From assembly GCA_963663765.2 (NCBI GenBank), contig CAXXUA010000005.1, positions 1,536,001 through 1,600,000 of the forward strand: a stretch of 64,000 nt of DNA, given 5' to 3'. Below, piece after piece: positions 41,905 through 52,842 of the stretch. The position numbers and the translations under genes are program-made. Under the pieces are notes generated by a model, which saw nothing but the letters and a program-made list of their open reading frames with translations, made no database searches and was not told where the DNA came from. The stretch is from Candidatus Poribacteria bacterium (GTDB taxonomy: Bacteria; Poribacteria; WGA-4E; WGA-3G). Each line of letters begins with the position of its first letter. The first letter of the stretch is position 1.

Positions 41905-43521
41905 ATGCAAGAAAAACAACAAATTGGTTGGAAAGCCGAGAGTAGAACGGGTGTCGTTGCTGCAGGTGATGCAAAATCAGTCGCTGCAGGGATTGAGATT
42001 TTGGAAGCAGGTGGCAATGCTGCAGACTCAGCAGCAGCAACCATCCTTGCGCTAAATGTTACAGACCATGGACAGTGTTCAATCGGTGGAGAGGTACCGC
42101 TCCTCATTTATGACGTAGAAAAGCAGGAAGTTAAATCACTTTCTGGACAAGGACGTGCCCCGCTATCTCAAGATGCGATTGATTGGTATATGGAAAATGG
42201 AATTCCAAACTATGATGTCAAAATGGCACCAGTGCCATCAGTTGTTGACCTATGTACAACTACGCTCATACAGTATGGAACAATGACTTATGAGGATATT
42301 GTCGCACCCACATTGGCATTGCTTGATGCGGGTAATGCCGAATGGCATCCGAAATTAGCAATAACCCTTAGAAAAATGGTTGAGGAGGAACGGAAAACAT
42401 CTGGTAGTCGTAAAGAAAAAGTACAAGCAGCAAGCAATAGATTCTACGGACGGAACGATATTTGTAGCGATATTGCCGATGAATTAGAAGCGTTTTACAT
42501 TGAGAATGACGGGTTTCTTCGTAAGAATGATCTTGCTGCACATTTCACCCCTATTGAAGATCCTGTGACTATTGAGTATCAAGGATATACGGTCTGCAAG
42601 TGTGGTCCGTGGACTCAAGGACCTTATCTATGTCAAGCATTGCGTCTATTGGAAGGCTTTGATCTCAAAGCGATGGGACAATTCTCAGTAGAATATGTAC
42701 ATGTTGTTACTGAAGCACTCAAGTTAGCAATGGCTGACAGGGATGAATACTACGCGGATCCTGATTTTGTAGATGTTCCAATGGATGCGTTGCTTTCCGA
42801 TCCGTATACTGAGATTCGTCGTCCGTTGATTGATATGAATAATGCATCGCTTAAAGCGCAACCGGGTGATGTAGAAAATATGAAACCACTAAAAGCAGAA
42901 GGAGTGTTTCGACCCAGTATTGGTGGTACAACAACTTGTGTCGTGGCAGACAGATGGGGAAATGTCGTCGCTGCTACACCGAGTGCAAATGTCTATCATG
43001 CAGGTGGTACTGGCACAACAGGTGTCAGCTATGGTAATCGTTTGCGTAGCCTTAATACAACTCCCGGACATCCAAACTGCATTGAACCCGGCAAACGTCC
43101 GAGAATAACACTGACACCCACACTGGTTCTTAAGGACGGTGCTCCCATATTAGCAATAAGCGTTGCTGGTGGAGACTTACAGGACCAAGTGACAATGAAC
43201 TTACTGCTCAATTTCGTTGAGTTTGGAATGCAGCCTGAAGCTGCAGTCACCGCACCACGTTTTGCTACTGCACATCACCAAGACTCATTTGACCCAAATC
43301 CATTCCGAGAACAAGCGTTTAAGGAAGCAGGTTCATTGACAATAAATGATAGTATCAGTCCTGAAACTCAGAAGGAACTTGTTAAGCGTGGACATAAGGT
43401 TCATGCACAATCCAATCCAATTGGAGTCCCTGTAATGCTATCCATTGACCAAGACAGTGGTAAGTTTTATGCTGCTGGCGATCCCGCTGCTGGTAGGCAT
43501 GCTGCAGGTTTAGATGCATAA
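41905..43521 (+). CDS. ggt: Gamma-glutamyltransferase family protein
   Basis: GGNAADSA, LAMADRDEY, autocatalytic TTTCVVADRWGN, PGKRPRITLTP, AGGDLQDQ. Confidence 0.92.
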   Translation: MQEKQQIGWKAESRTGVVAAGDAKSVAAGIEILEAGGNAADSAAATILALNVTDHGQCSIGGEVPLLIYDVEKQEVKSLSGQGRAPLSQDAIDWYMENGIPNYDVKMAPVPSVVDLCTTTLIQYGTMTYEDIVAPTLALLDAGNAEWHPKLAITLRKMVEEERKTSGSRKEKVQAASNRFYGRNDICSDIADELEAFYIENDGFLRKNDLAAHFTPIEDPVTIEYQGYTVCKCGPWTQGPYLCQALRLLEGFDLKAMGQFSVEYVHVVTEALKLAMADRDEYYADPDFVDVPMDALLSDPYTEIRRPLIDMNNASLKAQPGDVENMKPLKAEGVFRPSIGGTTTCVVADRWGNVVAATPSANVYHAGGTGTTGVSYGNRLRSLNTTPGHPNCIEPGKRPRITLTPTLVLKDGAPILAISVAGGDLQDQVTMNLLLNFVEFGMQPEAAVTAPRFATAHHQDSFDPNPFREQAFKEAGSLTINDSISPETQKELVKRGHKVHAQSNPIGVPVMLSIDQDSGKFYAAGDPAAGRHAAGLDA

Positions 43522-43532
43522 TACTGAATTAA

Positions 43533-43808
43533 TCATCCCACAAAATAATGTATTTTTTTTCCAATAGCGTTTGCATATTTTGCCAATGTAGAAAGAGTAA
43601 CTTTTTCTGCTTGGTTTTCTATTCTTGAAATAGCAGATTTTTTGGTATTTAACTTTCGTGCCATTTCTTCTTGGGTCAAACCTGCTTCTTCCCTTGCATG
43701 TTTGAGAAGAACACCGAGTTTAAATTCCATGTACCCCTTTTCGTAATTCTCAGCAAACTCAGGATCTCTCGCTTTACGCTTTTCTATGTAATGTTTTAAA
43801 TCACTCAA
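43533..43808 (-). CDS. XRE-family HTH antitoxin (HigA-like)
   Basis: [27 protein letters not shown]; overlaps the toxin stop codon. Confidence 0.88.
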   Translation of the reverse strand: MSDLKHYIEKRKARDPEFAENYEKGYMEFKLGVLLKHAREEAGLTQEEMARKLNTKKSAISRIENQAEKVTLSTLAKYANAIGKKIHYFVG

Positions 43809-44164
43809 TGTATTTTCCTCCGAAAATAATCACGTTTTCTTTTTTCTGCTAACTGAATATCGGACTTTGGAATTTTCCGTGTTTGCTTAGAAAAAGCATG
43901 ATTTAGAACAACTAAATTCGGTCCATCAAAAAAAGAAAGAATTCTGAAACTATCCCTACCAATTTTAACTCTTATCTCCCATATATCATCGGTATCAACG
44001 AGTTTTTTGAAGTACTGCTTAGGAACTACGTCTAATTCTTCAATCAAACCTAATGTCCAAGTAATTTTTGCACTTTGTCTTGCAGTTAGGGAATCCAAGA
44101 ATTGCTCAATTGGACAATTTCCTGATGCAGTTCTATAAAAAGTAACTTCTCTCATATTTGACAA
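43805..44164 (-). CDS. RelE/ParE-family (HigB / Gp49-like) toxin
   Basis: [18 protein letters not shown]...IWEIRV...RILSFF...[11 protein letters not shown]. Confidence 0.88.
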   Translation of the reverse strand: MSNMREVTFYRTASGNCPIEQFLDSLTARQSAKITWTLGLIEELDVVPKQYFKKLVDTDDIWEIRVKIGRDSFRILSFFDGPNLVVLNHAFSKQTRKIPKSDIQLAEKRKRDYFRRKIH

Positions 44165-44270
44165 CTAACATAATTTTACATGAAATGTATTGCTATACCA
44201 ATGTTAATAAACAAAGAAGTCTTTATAGGTCTGCGGCCCATCTAACTGTTTGCCGAATAAGTAATCTGCT

Positions 44271-44603
44271 TTAATAATCAACTTGCTTCCAATCTTCATC
44301 TGGAGGATAAATAACAGAACTTCCACTGCCAGCACCTTTATATTCGTTTTCATCAAACCAATCTTTAACGGTATCTCTCCACTTTATGAAGTGCGGTGTT
44401 TTCAGATGAGCTTTGAATGCATCTTCGTCCACATAGACCTCATATAGCCATATCCGATTCTCATCAGAACCGTCCTGAATTACATCAAATCTCAAACAAC
44501 CGGGTTCATCGCGGACTGAACCTATTGCATCATCTATCATCGCTTCAATAAAATCTTCTCTATGTCCCTCTTTAATTTGAATAGGTGCAATAATTACGTA
44601 CAT
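44271..44603 (-). CDS. Antibiotic biosynthesis monooxygenase domain protein (LsrG-like)
   Basis: SVRDEPGCLRFDVIQD...LYEVY..EDAFKAHLKTPHF. Confidence 0.88.
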   Translation of the reverse strand: MYVIIAPIQIKEGHREDFIEAMIDDAIGSVRDEPGCLRFDVIQDGSDENRIWLYEVYVDEDAFKAHLKTPHFIKWRDTVKDWFDENEYKGAGSGSSVIYPPDEDWKQVDY

Positions 44604-44727
44604 CTCATAGTCTCCTTATAAAATATATTGTGACAAAATTCTTTCGCTGTGGTCCGTTTAAAATCATAAGTAGTATAAGGGGTAATCTAACATATTCTAT
44701 TATAGATGTCAACAATACAATTGACGG

Positions 44728-46044
44728 TTAATCCCCCCTTACTCTAAATAGATGCTTTGGTGCTAACACCGTTAACAGAAAGCCACGGGCAATTAAAAGC
44801 AAAGTAAATGCAGCCCAAAGTCCGTGATTACCATACGGATTCAATATAGAGACTAAACCTAAGAAGAGCATCATTGCCACAATCATGGAATTCCGTAAAG
44901 GTTTTGTTGCAGTAGCTCCAAGATAAATACCATCCCAAATATATGCTGCGATATTTACAACGGGCGCGATAATTATCCAAAAAAGATATGGTTTTGTTTC
45001 TTCAATAAGGTTGGGTTTATTAGTAAAAAGACGTAACAACTGATTTCCACATAAAGCGAAAAGTAACATAATTGTGAGACCAAATAGAAATGACCAAAAG
45101 AATATTTGACGAGTCGTTCGCTTAATATTTTTAATATCATTTGCACCTTTATATTTACCAATTAGACTTTCTGCTGCAAATGCAAAGCCATCTATCGCAT
45201 AAGACATTAGGTTGATATACTGGAGCAGGATGGTGTTAATTGCCAAAATTGTATCGCTCATCAAGGCTGATTTTGCTGTAAAATATGCGAAACTAAACAC
45301 AAGACAAAGTGTGCGAATGAAAATGTCACCGCTAATACTCAAAAATAGTTTCAGTTTAGACAACACAAAGATTACGCGAAAATTCCATGTCGTTAGTAGA
45401 TAGCGGTAACGCAAAAGGAATAGTATGCTCGCTACTATCAGACCAATATATTGGGCAATTACAGTTGCAATCGCAACCCCATCCACATTCATACCCAATT
45501 TATTTACAAATATGATATTCAGTATGATGTTGATTAGGTTAACAATAATTGTCAACAGCATCGGGTATTTGGCGTTCTGTAAACCCAGAAAAACGCCATG
45601 GAACGCATGAAGACAGAGCGTAGCAGGTGCAGCATAGATTCGGATATGAAAATATGTGCGTGCAAGGTGTACAACTTCAGAACTTGTCTCAATGAGTAAA
45701 AAACTAACATCAGCAATTACCCACTGAAAAATCAATAGAAGAAAACTGCAAATGACACCGACAGATAAACTTCGTTGTAGCAAGAGTCCACATTCTACGG
45801 AATCGTTTTTACCATAAGCTTGTGCAGCTAATCCGGTTGTCGCCATTCTAATAAAACCGAATCCCCAATAGATAAAACTAAAGATGATACCTCCGATTCC
45901 TACAGCACCAAGATAGTGTTCAGTTTCTAACCGTCCCATCAATGCAGTATCCACCGCGCCAAGAAGTGGGATAGAGAAATTGCTTACAATGTTTGGTATT
46001 GCAAGTCGTATTATCTGTCTATTGATGTTTTGATGTTCTTGCAT
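44728..46044 (-). CDS. MATE-family efflux transporter (DinF-like)
   Basis: LAIPNIVSNFSIPLLGAVDTA, RMATTGLAAQA, GDIFIRT, DGFAFAAE. Confidence 0.93.
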   Translation of the reverse strand: MQEHQNINRQIIRLAIPNIVSNFSIPLLGAVDTALMGRLETEHYLGAVGIGGIIFSFIYWGFGFIRMATTGLAAQAYGKNDSVECGLLLQRSLSVGVICSFLLLIFQWVIADVSFLLIETSSEVVHLARTYFHIRIYAAPATLCLHAFHGVFLGLQNAKYPMLLTIIVNLINIILNIIFVNKLGMNVDGVAIATVIAQYIGLIVASILFLLRYRYLLTTWNFRVIFVLSKLKLFLSISGDIFIRTLCLVFSFAYFTAKSALMSDTILAINTILLQYINLMSYAIDGFAFAAESLIGKYKGANDIKNIKRTTRQIFFWSFLFGLTIMLLFALCGNQLLRLFTNKPNLIEETKPYLFWIIIAPVVNIAAYIWDGIYLGATATKPLRNSMIVAMMLFLGLVSILNPYGNHGLWAAFTLLLIARGFLLTVLAPKHLFRVRGD

Positions 46045-46265
46045 AAATTTGTATTTCATTGATACATAAAGTCTATCCAATAATTTGTTGAAAAGCAAAT
46101 GATGTTAATTATATTTTTTCTATGAATTCTAATAAATGCATAAAATATAAAAGAAAAATCCTTAGTAACGCAACATAAATATATTCTGTTAATGTGTAAT
46201 CCAATTGGGTTAACCAATTATTTTTCTTTGTAATTTTGCACTTAATTTGGTATACTATATTTCTA

Positions 46266-47138
46266 ATGAAAGATTGGTGTTATGGAATTACAGCCAAACT
46301 GACAGGATACTGCATTTCGTTGCTTCCACATTCATTTTCATTGATTCTCGGTGGATGGTTGGGGTTTATTGCATATACGTTTGCAACAACACAAAGACGA
46401 TTTGCCTGTAAACACCTAAGAGAACGATTGGATATTCCTGATGACCGTGAAGTCAAAGCGATTGCGAAAAAATGTTTTGAAAATTTAGGAAAAACCGTTG
46501 TGGAATTTATGCGTTTACCACGTATGATTCCAAAACATATCCATAAGTATGTCAGTATTGAGGGGAGTCACCATATAGAGCAATCCATAGCACAGGGAAA
46601 AGGCACAATCCTAATAACTGGTCATTTTGGTAATTGGGAACTATTAGCAGCATGTATAAGTGCAAAGGTTGCCCCTGTGACACCTATTGTTCGTAAATTA
46701 CGTTCTCCACGTTTAGATGCTATTGTTAGTAGTAATCGGGCAAAAGTTGGATATGCAACTATTGATAGAGATACTGGTGTTAGGAATGCACTCAAATGTC
46801 TAAAAAGAAATGAAGTCCTTGGAATAGTTGCTGATGTAGATACGACAGTGAAAGGTGTCTTTGTTGACTTTTTCGGAATTCCAGCTTACACACCTTACAG
46901 TCCTGTCGCTTTTGCACTTAGAACTGGTGCTAACATACTACCAACTTTTATTATACGGCAACCCGATGGTACACACCGGGTGATAATTGAACCGCCTTTG
47001 GAATTAGAACATTGTGATGATAAAGAACAAGAACTTGTTATCAATACACAAAAATTTACCAAAATCATTGAAGATTATATACGAAAATATCCGGAACAGT
47101 GGATTTGGATGCATGAAAGGTGGAAAACACGTCCTTAA
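46266..47138 (+). CDS. Lipid A late acyltransferase (LpxL/HtrB family)
   Basis: TGHFGNWEL, VADVD, FVDFFG, PEQWIWMHERWK. Confidence 0.9.
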   Translation: MKDWCYGITAKLTGYCISLLPHSFSLILGGWLGFIAYTFATTQRRFACKHLRERLDIPDDREVKAIAKKCFENLGKTVVEFMRLPRMIPKHIHKYVSIEGSHHIEQSIAQGKGTILITGHFGNWELLAACISAKVAPVTPIVRKLRSPRLDAIVSSNRAKVGYATIDRDTGVRNALKCLKRNEVLGIVADVDTTVKGVFVDFFGIPAYTPYSPVAFALRTGANILPTFIIRQPDGTHRVIIEPPLELEHCDDKEQELVINTQKFTKIIEDYIRKYPEQWIWMHERWKTRP

Positions 47139-47661
47139 AATTGTAGTATTCGGTTGGATTAGTTTGAGTCTTATTACGGGTTGTGAGCGCGAGGATGAAA
47201 AAGAAGCGAAAGATCCCCTACCTGCACAGCAGCTTGAGACTTTTTCAATGCAACACACTGAGGCGGGTGTAAAAAGATGGTATCTTAGTGGAGAATCATC
47301 AGAAATTAGAAAAGATAAGGTAATAGTAAAAAACCCTAAAGTTCAAATATTTGAGGAAGGCAAAATTTCTATCACATTGACAGGAGATAAAGGAGAGTTT
47401 TTCCCAACTGGTAAACAAAAAGATAATTTGTATTTTTATGGTGGAGTGGTTGGTGTCAACGAAAGCGGAACACTGTTCACAGAAGAACTCCATTGGTTAA
47501 ACAAAGAGGGTAACCTCTATTCACCCACTGAAGTTAAGCTCGTGCGAGGAGATTCGACTTGGCATGGTATTGAAATGGTAGCAAATCCTGACCTTGAAAC
47601 CGTAAAAATGTCAAATAATAGATTTAAACTTTATCCAAAAGATGAGGAAACAAATGAATAG
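47113..47661 (+). CDS. lptC: LPS export protein LptC
   Basis: Lipobox-like LITGC, W-L motif, LFTEELHW, position upstream of lptA/lptB. Confidence 0.8.
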   Translation: MKGGKHVLKIVVFGWISLSLITGCEREDEKEAKDPLPAQQLETFSMQHTEAGVKRWYLSGESSEIRKDKVIVKNPKVQIFEEGKISITLTGDKGEFFPTGKQKDNLYFYGGVVGVNESGTLFTEELHWLNKEGNLYSPTEVKLVRGDSTWHGIEMVANPDLETVKMSNNRFKLYPKDEETNE

Positions 47662-48685
47662 TATGAAAATCATCTGTAAGTTGAATGCTGAAATGCATCG
47701 AAAATTACCATACTTCGTTGTGACAATGTTTATATTTCTTAGTACGACCCTCTGTTTAACAGTTCTCCCTGTCTGTGGAGAGGACGCACCTGACTCAGAA
47801 CAAAAAGATGGTGAAACTGTAACGCAAACAGAGGAAAATTCAGAAACAGAGGTTGAAGTAACCGACGACGAAAAAACAACGAAAAGACCGGACAATGAAA
47901 ACACACAAACCGAACCAACCAGAGAAGTTATTATCGGCGACTCAGATTTAATGGATAGAGATCAGAAAAAAGGTATTACGATTTTCACAGGAAATGTAAA
48001 GATAATTAGAAAAAATGAGCAGGAAGAAGAAATCGGATTTCTCAACGCAGATAAAGTAACCCTCAAGAGTGATACGAAAACTGGTGAAACAATTGAAATT
48101 ATAGCCGAAGGTAATGTGGAAATACGAGATCAAGATATATTCGCAACTAGTGACCATGCAACAATGAACAATAAAACGAATATCATTGTTTTGAAAGATA
48201 ACGTCGTGGTTAAACAGAAAGAAGATCATCTTGAAACAAAACTCTTTACCTTCAATAGAACAACCGGTAAACAGACTGGTGTCGGTAACGTTAAATTCAA
48301 GGTTACCGTGACACAAGCAACACCAACTGAGACAGCAGAGGAAGCAGAGGAACCTAGTACAGAAGATACAGAGGATTCTTCAAGTACAAGTGATAAGGAA
48401 TCAGATTCTCCAGATTCAGAAAAAGAAACTGAGAAAAAGCCTAATAGCGAAACTGATGATGGGGATAAAGAAGAAAAATCTAATCCTACGGATGCAGAAA
48501 AAGACGAGAAAGAGTCTGAAAAAGAACAAGATACTGAATCTGCTAAAACAGAGGATGAAACTGAGGTAACTGATACAGAAGAAGAGGATGAGACAACTGA
48601 ACCTGCTGATACTGAAGAAGAAACCGAGACTACTGATACAGAAGAAGAGAGTGAAGACACAGAAAAACCAGAGGAAAAGGAGTAG
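47642..48685 (+). CDS. lptA: LptA/OstA-family protein with long acidic extensions
   Basis: IFTGNVKI, IIAEGNVEI, IVLKDNVVV beta-jellyroll; synteny. Confidence 0.82.
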   Translation: MRKQMNSMKIICKLNAEMHRKLPYFVVTMFIFLSTTLCLTVLPVCGEDAPDSEQKDGETVTQTEENSETEVEVTDDEKTTKRPDNENTQTEPTREVIIGDSDLMDRDQKKGITIFTGNVKIIRKNEQEEEIGFLNADKVTLKSDTKTGETIEIIAEGNVEIRDQDIFATSDHATMNNKTNIIVLKDNVVVKQKEDHLETKLFTFNRTTGKQTGVGNVKFKVTVTQATPTETAEEAEEPSTEDTEDSSSTSDKESDSPDSEKETEKKPNSETDDGDKEEKSNPTDAEKDEKESEKEQDTESAKTEDETEVTDTEEEDETTEPADTEEETETTDTEEESEDTEKPEEKE

Positions 48686-48791
48686 TTTGGGCAGCAGAAA
48701 TGTTTTATCACGATTGATATAGCAGTATTGTACTGTTCTAAATAATCTTCGTTATCAATCAGTTTTTTGGCAAATATCCAGACAAAATCAA

Positions 48792-49586
48792 ATGGAGAAC
48801 AACAGCAGTAACAACGTGGCAACTGAACTACAAGCACATAATCTCGTGAAAAGATATACACGGCGGGGTCCAATCGTCGTCAATGAAGTAAGTTTATCTG
48901 TTCAACAAGGGGAAATCGTCGGTTTATTGGGACCAAACGGTGCCGGTAAATCCACAACATTCTACATAATGGTTGGATTAATACGTCCAAATTCCGGTAG
49001 GATCGTATATGGCGAAAGCGATATAACCTTTCTACCAATGTACAAAAGGGCGCGTATGGGTATTGGTTATCTTTCTCAGGAATCTTCCATTTTTAGAAAA
49101 CTGACGGTGAAACAGAATATTGAAGCAATTTTAGAAGCACGTGGGATGCCAAAAGATGAGCGTGAGACACGTATCGTTGAATATACAGATGAACTTGGTA
49201 TATCACATCTACTGGATCGCAAAGCGTATACACTATCAGGAGGGGAGTGTCGACGGGCTGAAATTGCCAGAGCATTGGCAGCACAACCTGAATTCATTTT
49301 ATTAGATGAACCACTATCAGGAATTGATCCTATTGCTGTAGCAGACATTAAACAACTCATTTTACATTTACGAAGTAGGAATCTTGGTATCCTCATAACA
49401 GACCATAATGCTGTTGAAACACTTAATATCGTTGATCGTGCTTACCTTATAGCTGATGGTAAAATTACATTAGATGGAACACCAGAAGAACTTATAAACA
49501 GTGAAGTGGCAAGGGAACTTTATTTCGGAAAAAACTTTCATTATGTAAAAGTAGGAGAGCAACCGCAAACTAACCCTTCACCATAA
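48792..49586 (+). CDS. lptB: LPS export ABC transporter ATP-binding protein
   Basis: GPNGAGKST, LPMYKRAR.GIGYL.QE.SIFRKL, LSGGE, ITDHN. Confidence 0.95.
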   Translation: MENNSSNNVATELQAHNLVKRYTRRGPIVVNEVSLSVQQGEIVGLLGPNGAGKSTTFYIMVGLIRPNSGRIVYGESDITFLPMYKRARMGIGYLSQESSIFRKLTVKQNIEAILEARGMPKDERETRIVEYTDELGISHLLDRKAYTLSGGECRRAEIARALAAQPEFILLDEPLSGIDPIAVADIKQLILHLRSRNLGILITDHNAVETLNIVDRAYLIADGKITLDGTPEELINSEVARELYFGKNFHYVKVGEQPQTNPSP

Positions 49587-49667
49587 TATTGCTTGAACCT
49601 CAGAAAAATGGTGTATTTCACGCATACACCCTAATGTTCAAATTGCGATGTATTGGAGTGCCGCGTG

Positions 49668-51491
49668 ATGAAGATCCAACCGAGACTTTCACAAACTCAG
49701 TTACAACAACAGAAAATTGTCATGACACCGAAGTTGCAACAAGCGATTAAGGTGCTGATGATGCCGCAACTTGAACTAAGGCAGTTTATTGAACAAGAGC
49801 TAAACCAGAACCCACTTTTGGATATTAACGAAGAGAATGAAACTGCTTTATCTATGGAAGAATATGATCCAAGATTTGAATGTAACCAGCCTGAGGAGAA
49901 TATTGATAGGGAAGATACCGCTGTTGATATTGATTGGAATTCAGTTATTGACGATATGCGGGTACCGACTTCAAAAGAACTTGTTCAAACCGATGATAGT
50001 GATGCTCCCGAACCTGATGTTGCTGAAGCACAATCGTTACAAAGTTATTTATTTCAACAACTTCAGTTAGCACCTTTTACAGAAATAGAACGTTCTATCG
50101 GTGAACAAATTATTGGGAACCTAAATGATGATGGTCAGCTTCAATTAAAACTGTTTTCACTACCGCTAAAATTCGTTTCTGATTTTGAAACGGGTCATTT
50201 ATCTGAAGAATTACAAACAAGTCTATCAAAGAAATTATGTAAGATAGAGAATGATAGCAAATCATCAAAAACAGACAAAGAAAACCGTTGTTTTGAGATT
50301 GTTCAAATAGAATCTTCTCAAAAGGCTATAGTTTCTAATTCTGGTGCGAAAATTTGGTATATCGTTGACAAAACAGACAAAGAAGACCTTGACAATAAAA
50401 ACAAGAAAATATATACAGTTGTTTGTGAAGATAACGATTTATCCTTATTCGAACTTACCATAGAAGACATTGCGATTAGCCAAAATTGTTCGGTTGCAGA
50501 AGTAGAAAAAGTACTGCAAACAATACAAGATACTTTTGAACCAACTGGTATTGCTTACCGTGATCTAAAGGAAACACTCAGCATTCAGATTCGAAACCAA
50601 AGATTTCAGCAATTTCAACAAAACGGTACATCCTTAAATGGAAGTGAAGCACCATTGGCATTAGCAAAACGTATTATTGATGACCATTTAGATGACCTAC
50701 TAAATAGTAGAATTTCAACGTTGTCCGAAGACCTTGAAGTAGACAAGGACGAGATTATAAAGGCATCGCAATGGATAGGGACACTTTCACCATATCCTGG
50801 TCGTTATTTCTCTGATCCTACCGTGAAAGATTTAGTCAAATCACCTGAAACTATACAAGGAATCGTACCAGATATTCAAATTATGGAGATTGACGGTGAA
50901 TATCAGATCGTTCCGATGGACAATTATATTCCACGTTTACGCATGAACCCAGAATATATAAACTTAATGCGAGATAATAGTAATTTAGACCATGACGCAA
51001 AAATGTGGATTCAACAGAAATATAACGATGCTATGGATGTTCTGAACAGTATTGTTCAACGTGGACGTACTATTGAACGGGTCACAGAAGCAATATTTAA
51101 AGTACAATCCGATTTTCTAAAACACGGTACACAAAGTATAAAACCATTGACACTGAAAACTATTGCAGATATGGCAGGTGTTCATGAATCGACGGTGAGT
51201 CGCGTAACAAGTAAAAAGTATGTTCAAACACCGAACGGTACATACCCACTGAAATTCTTTTTTAGTAATCAATTAGCAACAACACATGGCAATTCAGTGT
51301 CTTCTGAACATGTGAAATCTGAAATAAGAGATATGATTAGAAAAGAAGACCGAGCAAAACCATTAAGCGATCAAACCATAAGTACATCATTGAAAAAACA
51401 AGGTGTCATAGTTGCCAGACGGACTGTTCAAAAATATCGGGAAGAACTTGGCATACTATCTTCACGGCAAAGAAAAAACCTTGAAAAGTAA
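49668..51491 (+). CDS. rpoN: RNA polymerase sigma-54 factor with an internal insertion
   Basis: MTPKLQQAIK, NPLL, HESTVSR, RpoN box ARRTVQKYRE. Confidence 0.95.
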   Translation: MKIQPRLSQTQLQQQKIVMTPKLQQAIKVLMMPQLELRQFIEQELNQNPLLDINEENETALSMEEYDPRFECNQPEENIDREDTAVDIDWNSVIDDMRVPTSKELVQTDDSDAPEPDVAEAQSLQSYLFQQLQLAPFTEIERSIGEQIIGNLNDDGQLQLKLFSLPLKFVSDFETGHLSEELQTSLSKKLCKIENDSKSSKTDKENRCFEIVQIESSQKAIVSNSGAKIWYIVDKTDKEDLDNKNKKIYTVVCEDNDLSLFELTIEDIAISQNCSVAEVEKVLQTIQDTFEPTGIAYRDLKETLSIQIRNQRFQQFQQNGTSLNGSEAPLALAKRIIDDHLDDLLNSRISTLSEDLEVDKDEIIKASQWIGTLSPYPGRYFSDPTVKDLVKSPETIQGIVPDIQIMEIDGEYQIVPMDNYIPRLRMNPEYINLMRDNSNLDHDAKMWIQQKYNDAMDVLNSIVQRGRTIERVTEAIFKVQSDFLKHGTQSIKPLTLKTIADMAGVHESTVSRVTSKKYVQTPNGTYPLKFFFSNQLATTHGNSVSSEHVKSEIRDMIRKEDRAKPLSDQTISTSLKKQGVIVARRTVQKYREELGILSSRQRKNLEK

Positions 51492-51494
51492 TAC

Positions 51495-51761
51495 TATGGT
51501 AAATTATGGAATTAATTACACACTTGCACAGGTAGGAGCGACCACTGAGTCGCGATCGTCCCCTGCGTGGGTAGGAGCGACCTCCTGGTCGCGACTGTCC
51601 CCTGCGTGGGTAGGAAGGGGCGACCTCCTGGTCGCGACTGTCCCCTGCGTGGGTAGGAGCGACCTCTTGGTCGCGACTGTTTTGATACATGGTCTCCATA
51701 CGGTCGTGACCAGGAGGTCGCTCCTACCTGTTGTGTATAATTATCTTCAAACTTCACCATA
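51495..51761. mobile_element. Family-A MITE with 4 x ~39-bp REP units and an inverted REP
   Basis: TA-TGGTAAATTATGGAATTAATT ... AATTATCTTCAAACTTCACCA-TA; same unit as 2682-3255. Confidence 0.85.
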
Positions 51762-51845
51762 GTCAATGTCATTTTGCTTTTTGATTGCAATAATTTCCGT
51801 TGAAAACTTTCAATCTTTATACATATATCTTCTGGAGGGAATACT

Positions 51846-52403
51846 ATGAAAATTACATATTCAGGTCAACATCTCAAAATTACAGATGATATTCACGACT
51901 ATATCCTTAAACGTGCAGAGAAGATAGAATCTCGGTTTGGAGATATGCAAGAGTTTAATGTTATTCTGAAATCGGAAAAGCATCGTTTTGAAGCAGAGGT
52001 AAAAGTTACAGCACCACGAGTTTCATTTTATGCAAAGAACGAGACTCATGATCTGATGAGTGCGTTAGATGGAGCTGCCGACAAAGTCATCAAACAGATT
52101 CGTCGATACAAAGAACGCGTCAAAGACAGACGTCATAATGCACCGCATCGTGAAGTTGTAGCACAATTAAACCCAGAAATGTTAGAAACTCCAGTAGAAA
52201 CGGATACGTCTGATGCACCGATGATAGTACCTGCATCCGAGAAATTTGCCGCAAAACCATTGACGGTAGGTGAAGCTGCGACTGAACTTCATTCCTCTGG
52301 TGAATCATTATTGATGTTTCTTAACTCTGAAACGCGACAGGTCAACTTACTTTACCAATCAGACAATGGTGCTTTTGGATGGGTTGAACCCTCATTTACG
52401 TAA
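51846..52403 (+). CDS. hpf: Ribosome hibernation promoting factor (long HPF/RaiA)
   Basis: ITYSGQHLKITD...DLMSALDGAADK...IRRYKER; C-terminal KPLTVGEA...FLNSET..VNLLY; follows rpoN. Confidence 0.9.
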   Translation: MKITYSGQHLKITDDIHDYILKRAEKIESRFGDMQEFNVILKSEKHRFEAEVKVTAPRVSFYAKNETHDLMSALDGAADKVIKQIRRYKERVKDRRHNAPHREVVAQLNPEMLETPVETDTSDAPMIVPASEKFAAKPLTVGEAATELHSSGESLLMFLNSETRQVNLLYQSDNGAFGWVEPSFT

Positions 52404-52580
52404 AGTTATTTTGTGAATTATTCATACAATTAGATGTCTCATTTGTAGGAGCGATCTCCGATTTACTGCAAAATACTGCAATAGCCAGGAATCGGAGTTC
52501 CCTCCTACATTACAAAGATCTATAATTAATCCTATAATGCAACAAAACATTCAAATAACGAACAATTTTCTTTCACATTA

Positions 52581-52808
52581 GCAGGACTTACGCAACCAAT
52601 GGTAGGCGTGCTTTGTAAGCGCGCCGGAAACCTGAAAAGTGCTGAAAATTACATCGTTTTCGTCTTAATGCTTCATCAAATCATGAAAACTGCAGCAGGA
52701 CTTACGCAACCAATGGTAGGCGTGCTTTGTAAGCGCGCCGGAAACCTGAAAAGTGCTGAAAATTACATCGTTTTCGTCTTAATTCTTCATCAAATCATGA
52801 AAACTGCG
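52581..52808 (+). repeat. 2 x 114-bp direct repeat of a CAGGACTTACGCA-ended element with one REP core
   Basis: Copies start at 52581 and 52695; the inverted end TGCGTAAATTCTG follows. Confidence 0.85.
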
Positions 52809-52842
52809 TAAATTCTGATTTGATTTCCTATCAGGTAAGAAT

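Noticed and set aside
48226-48873. 215-aa Ser-rich minus-strand ORF
   Set aside because: Antisense shadow of the acidic LptA tail
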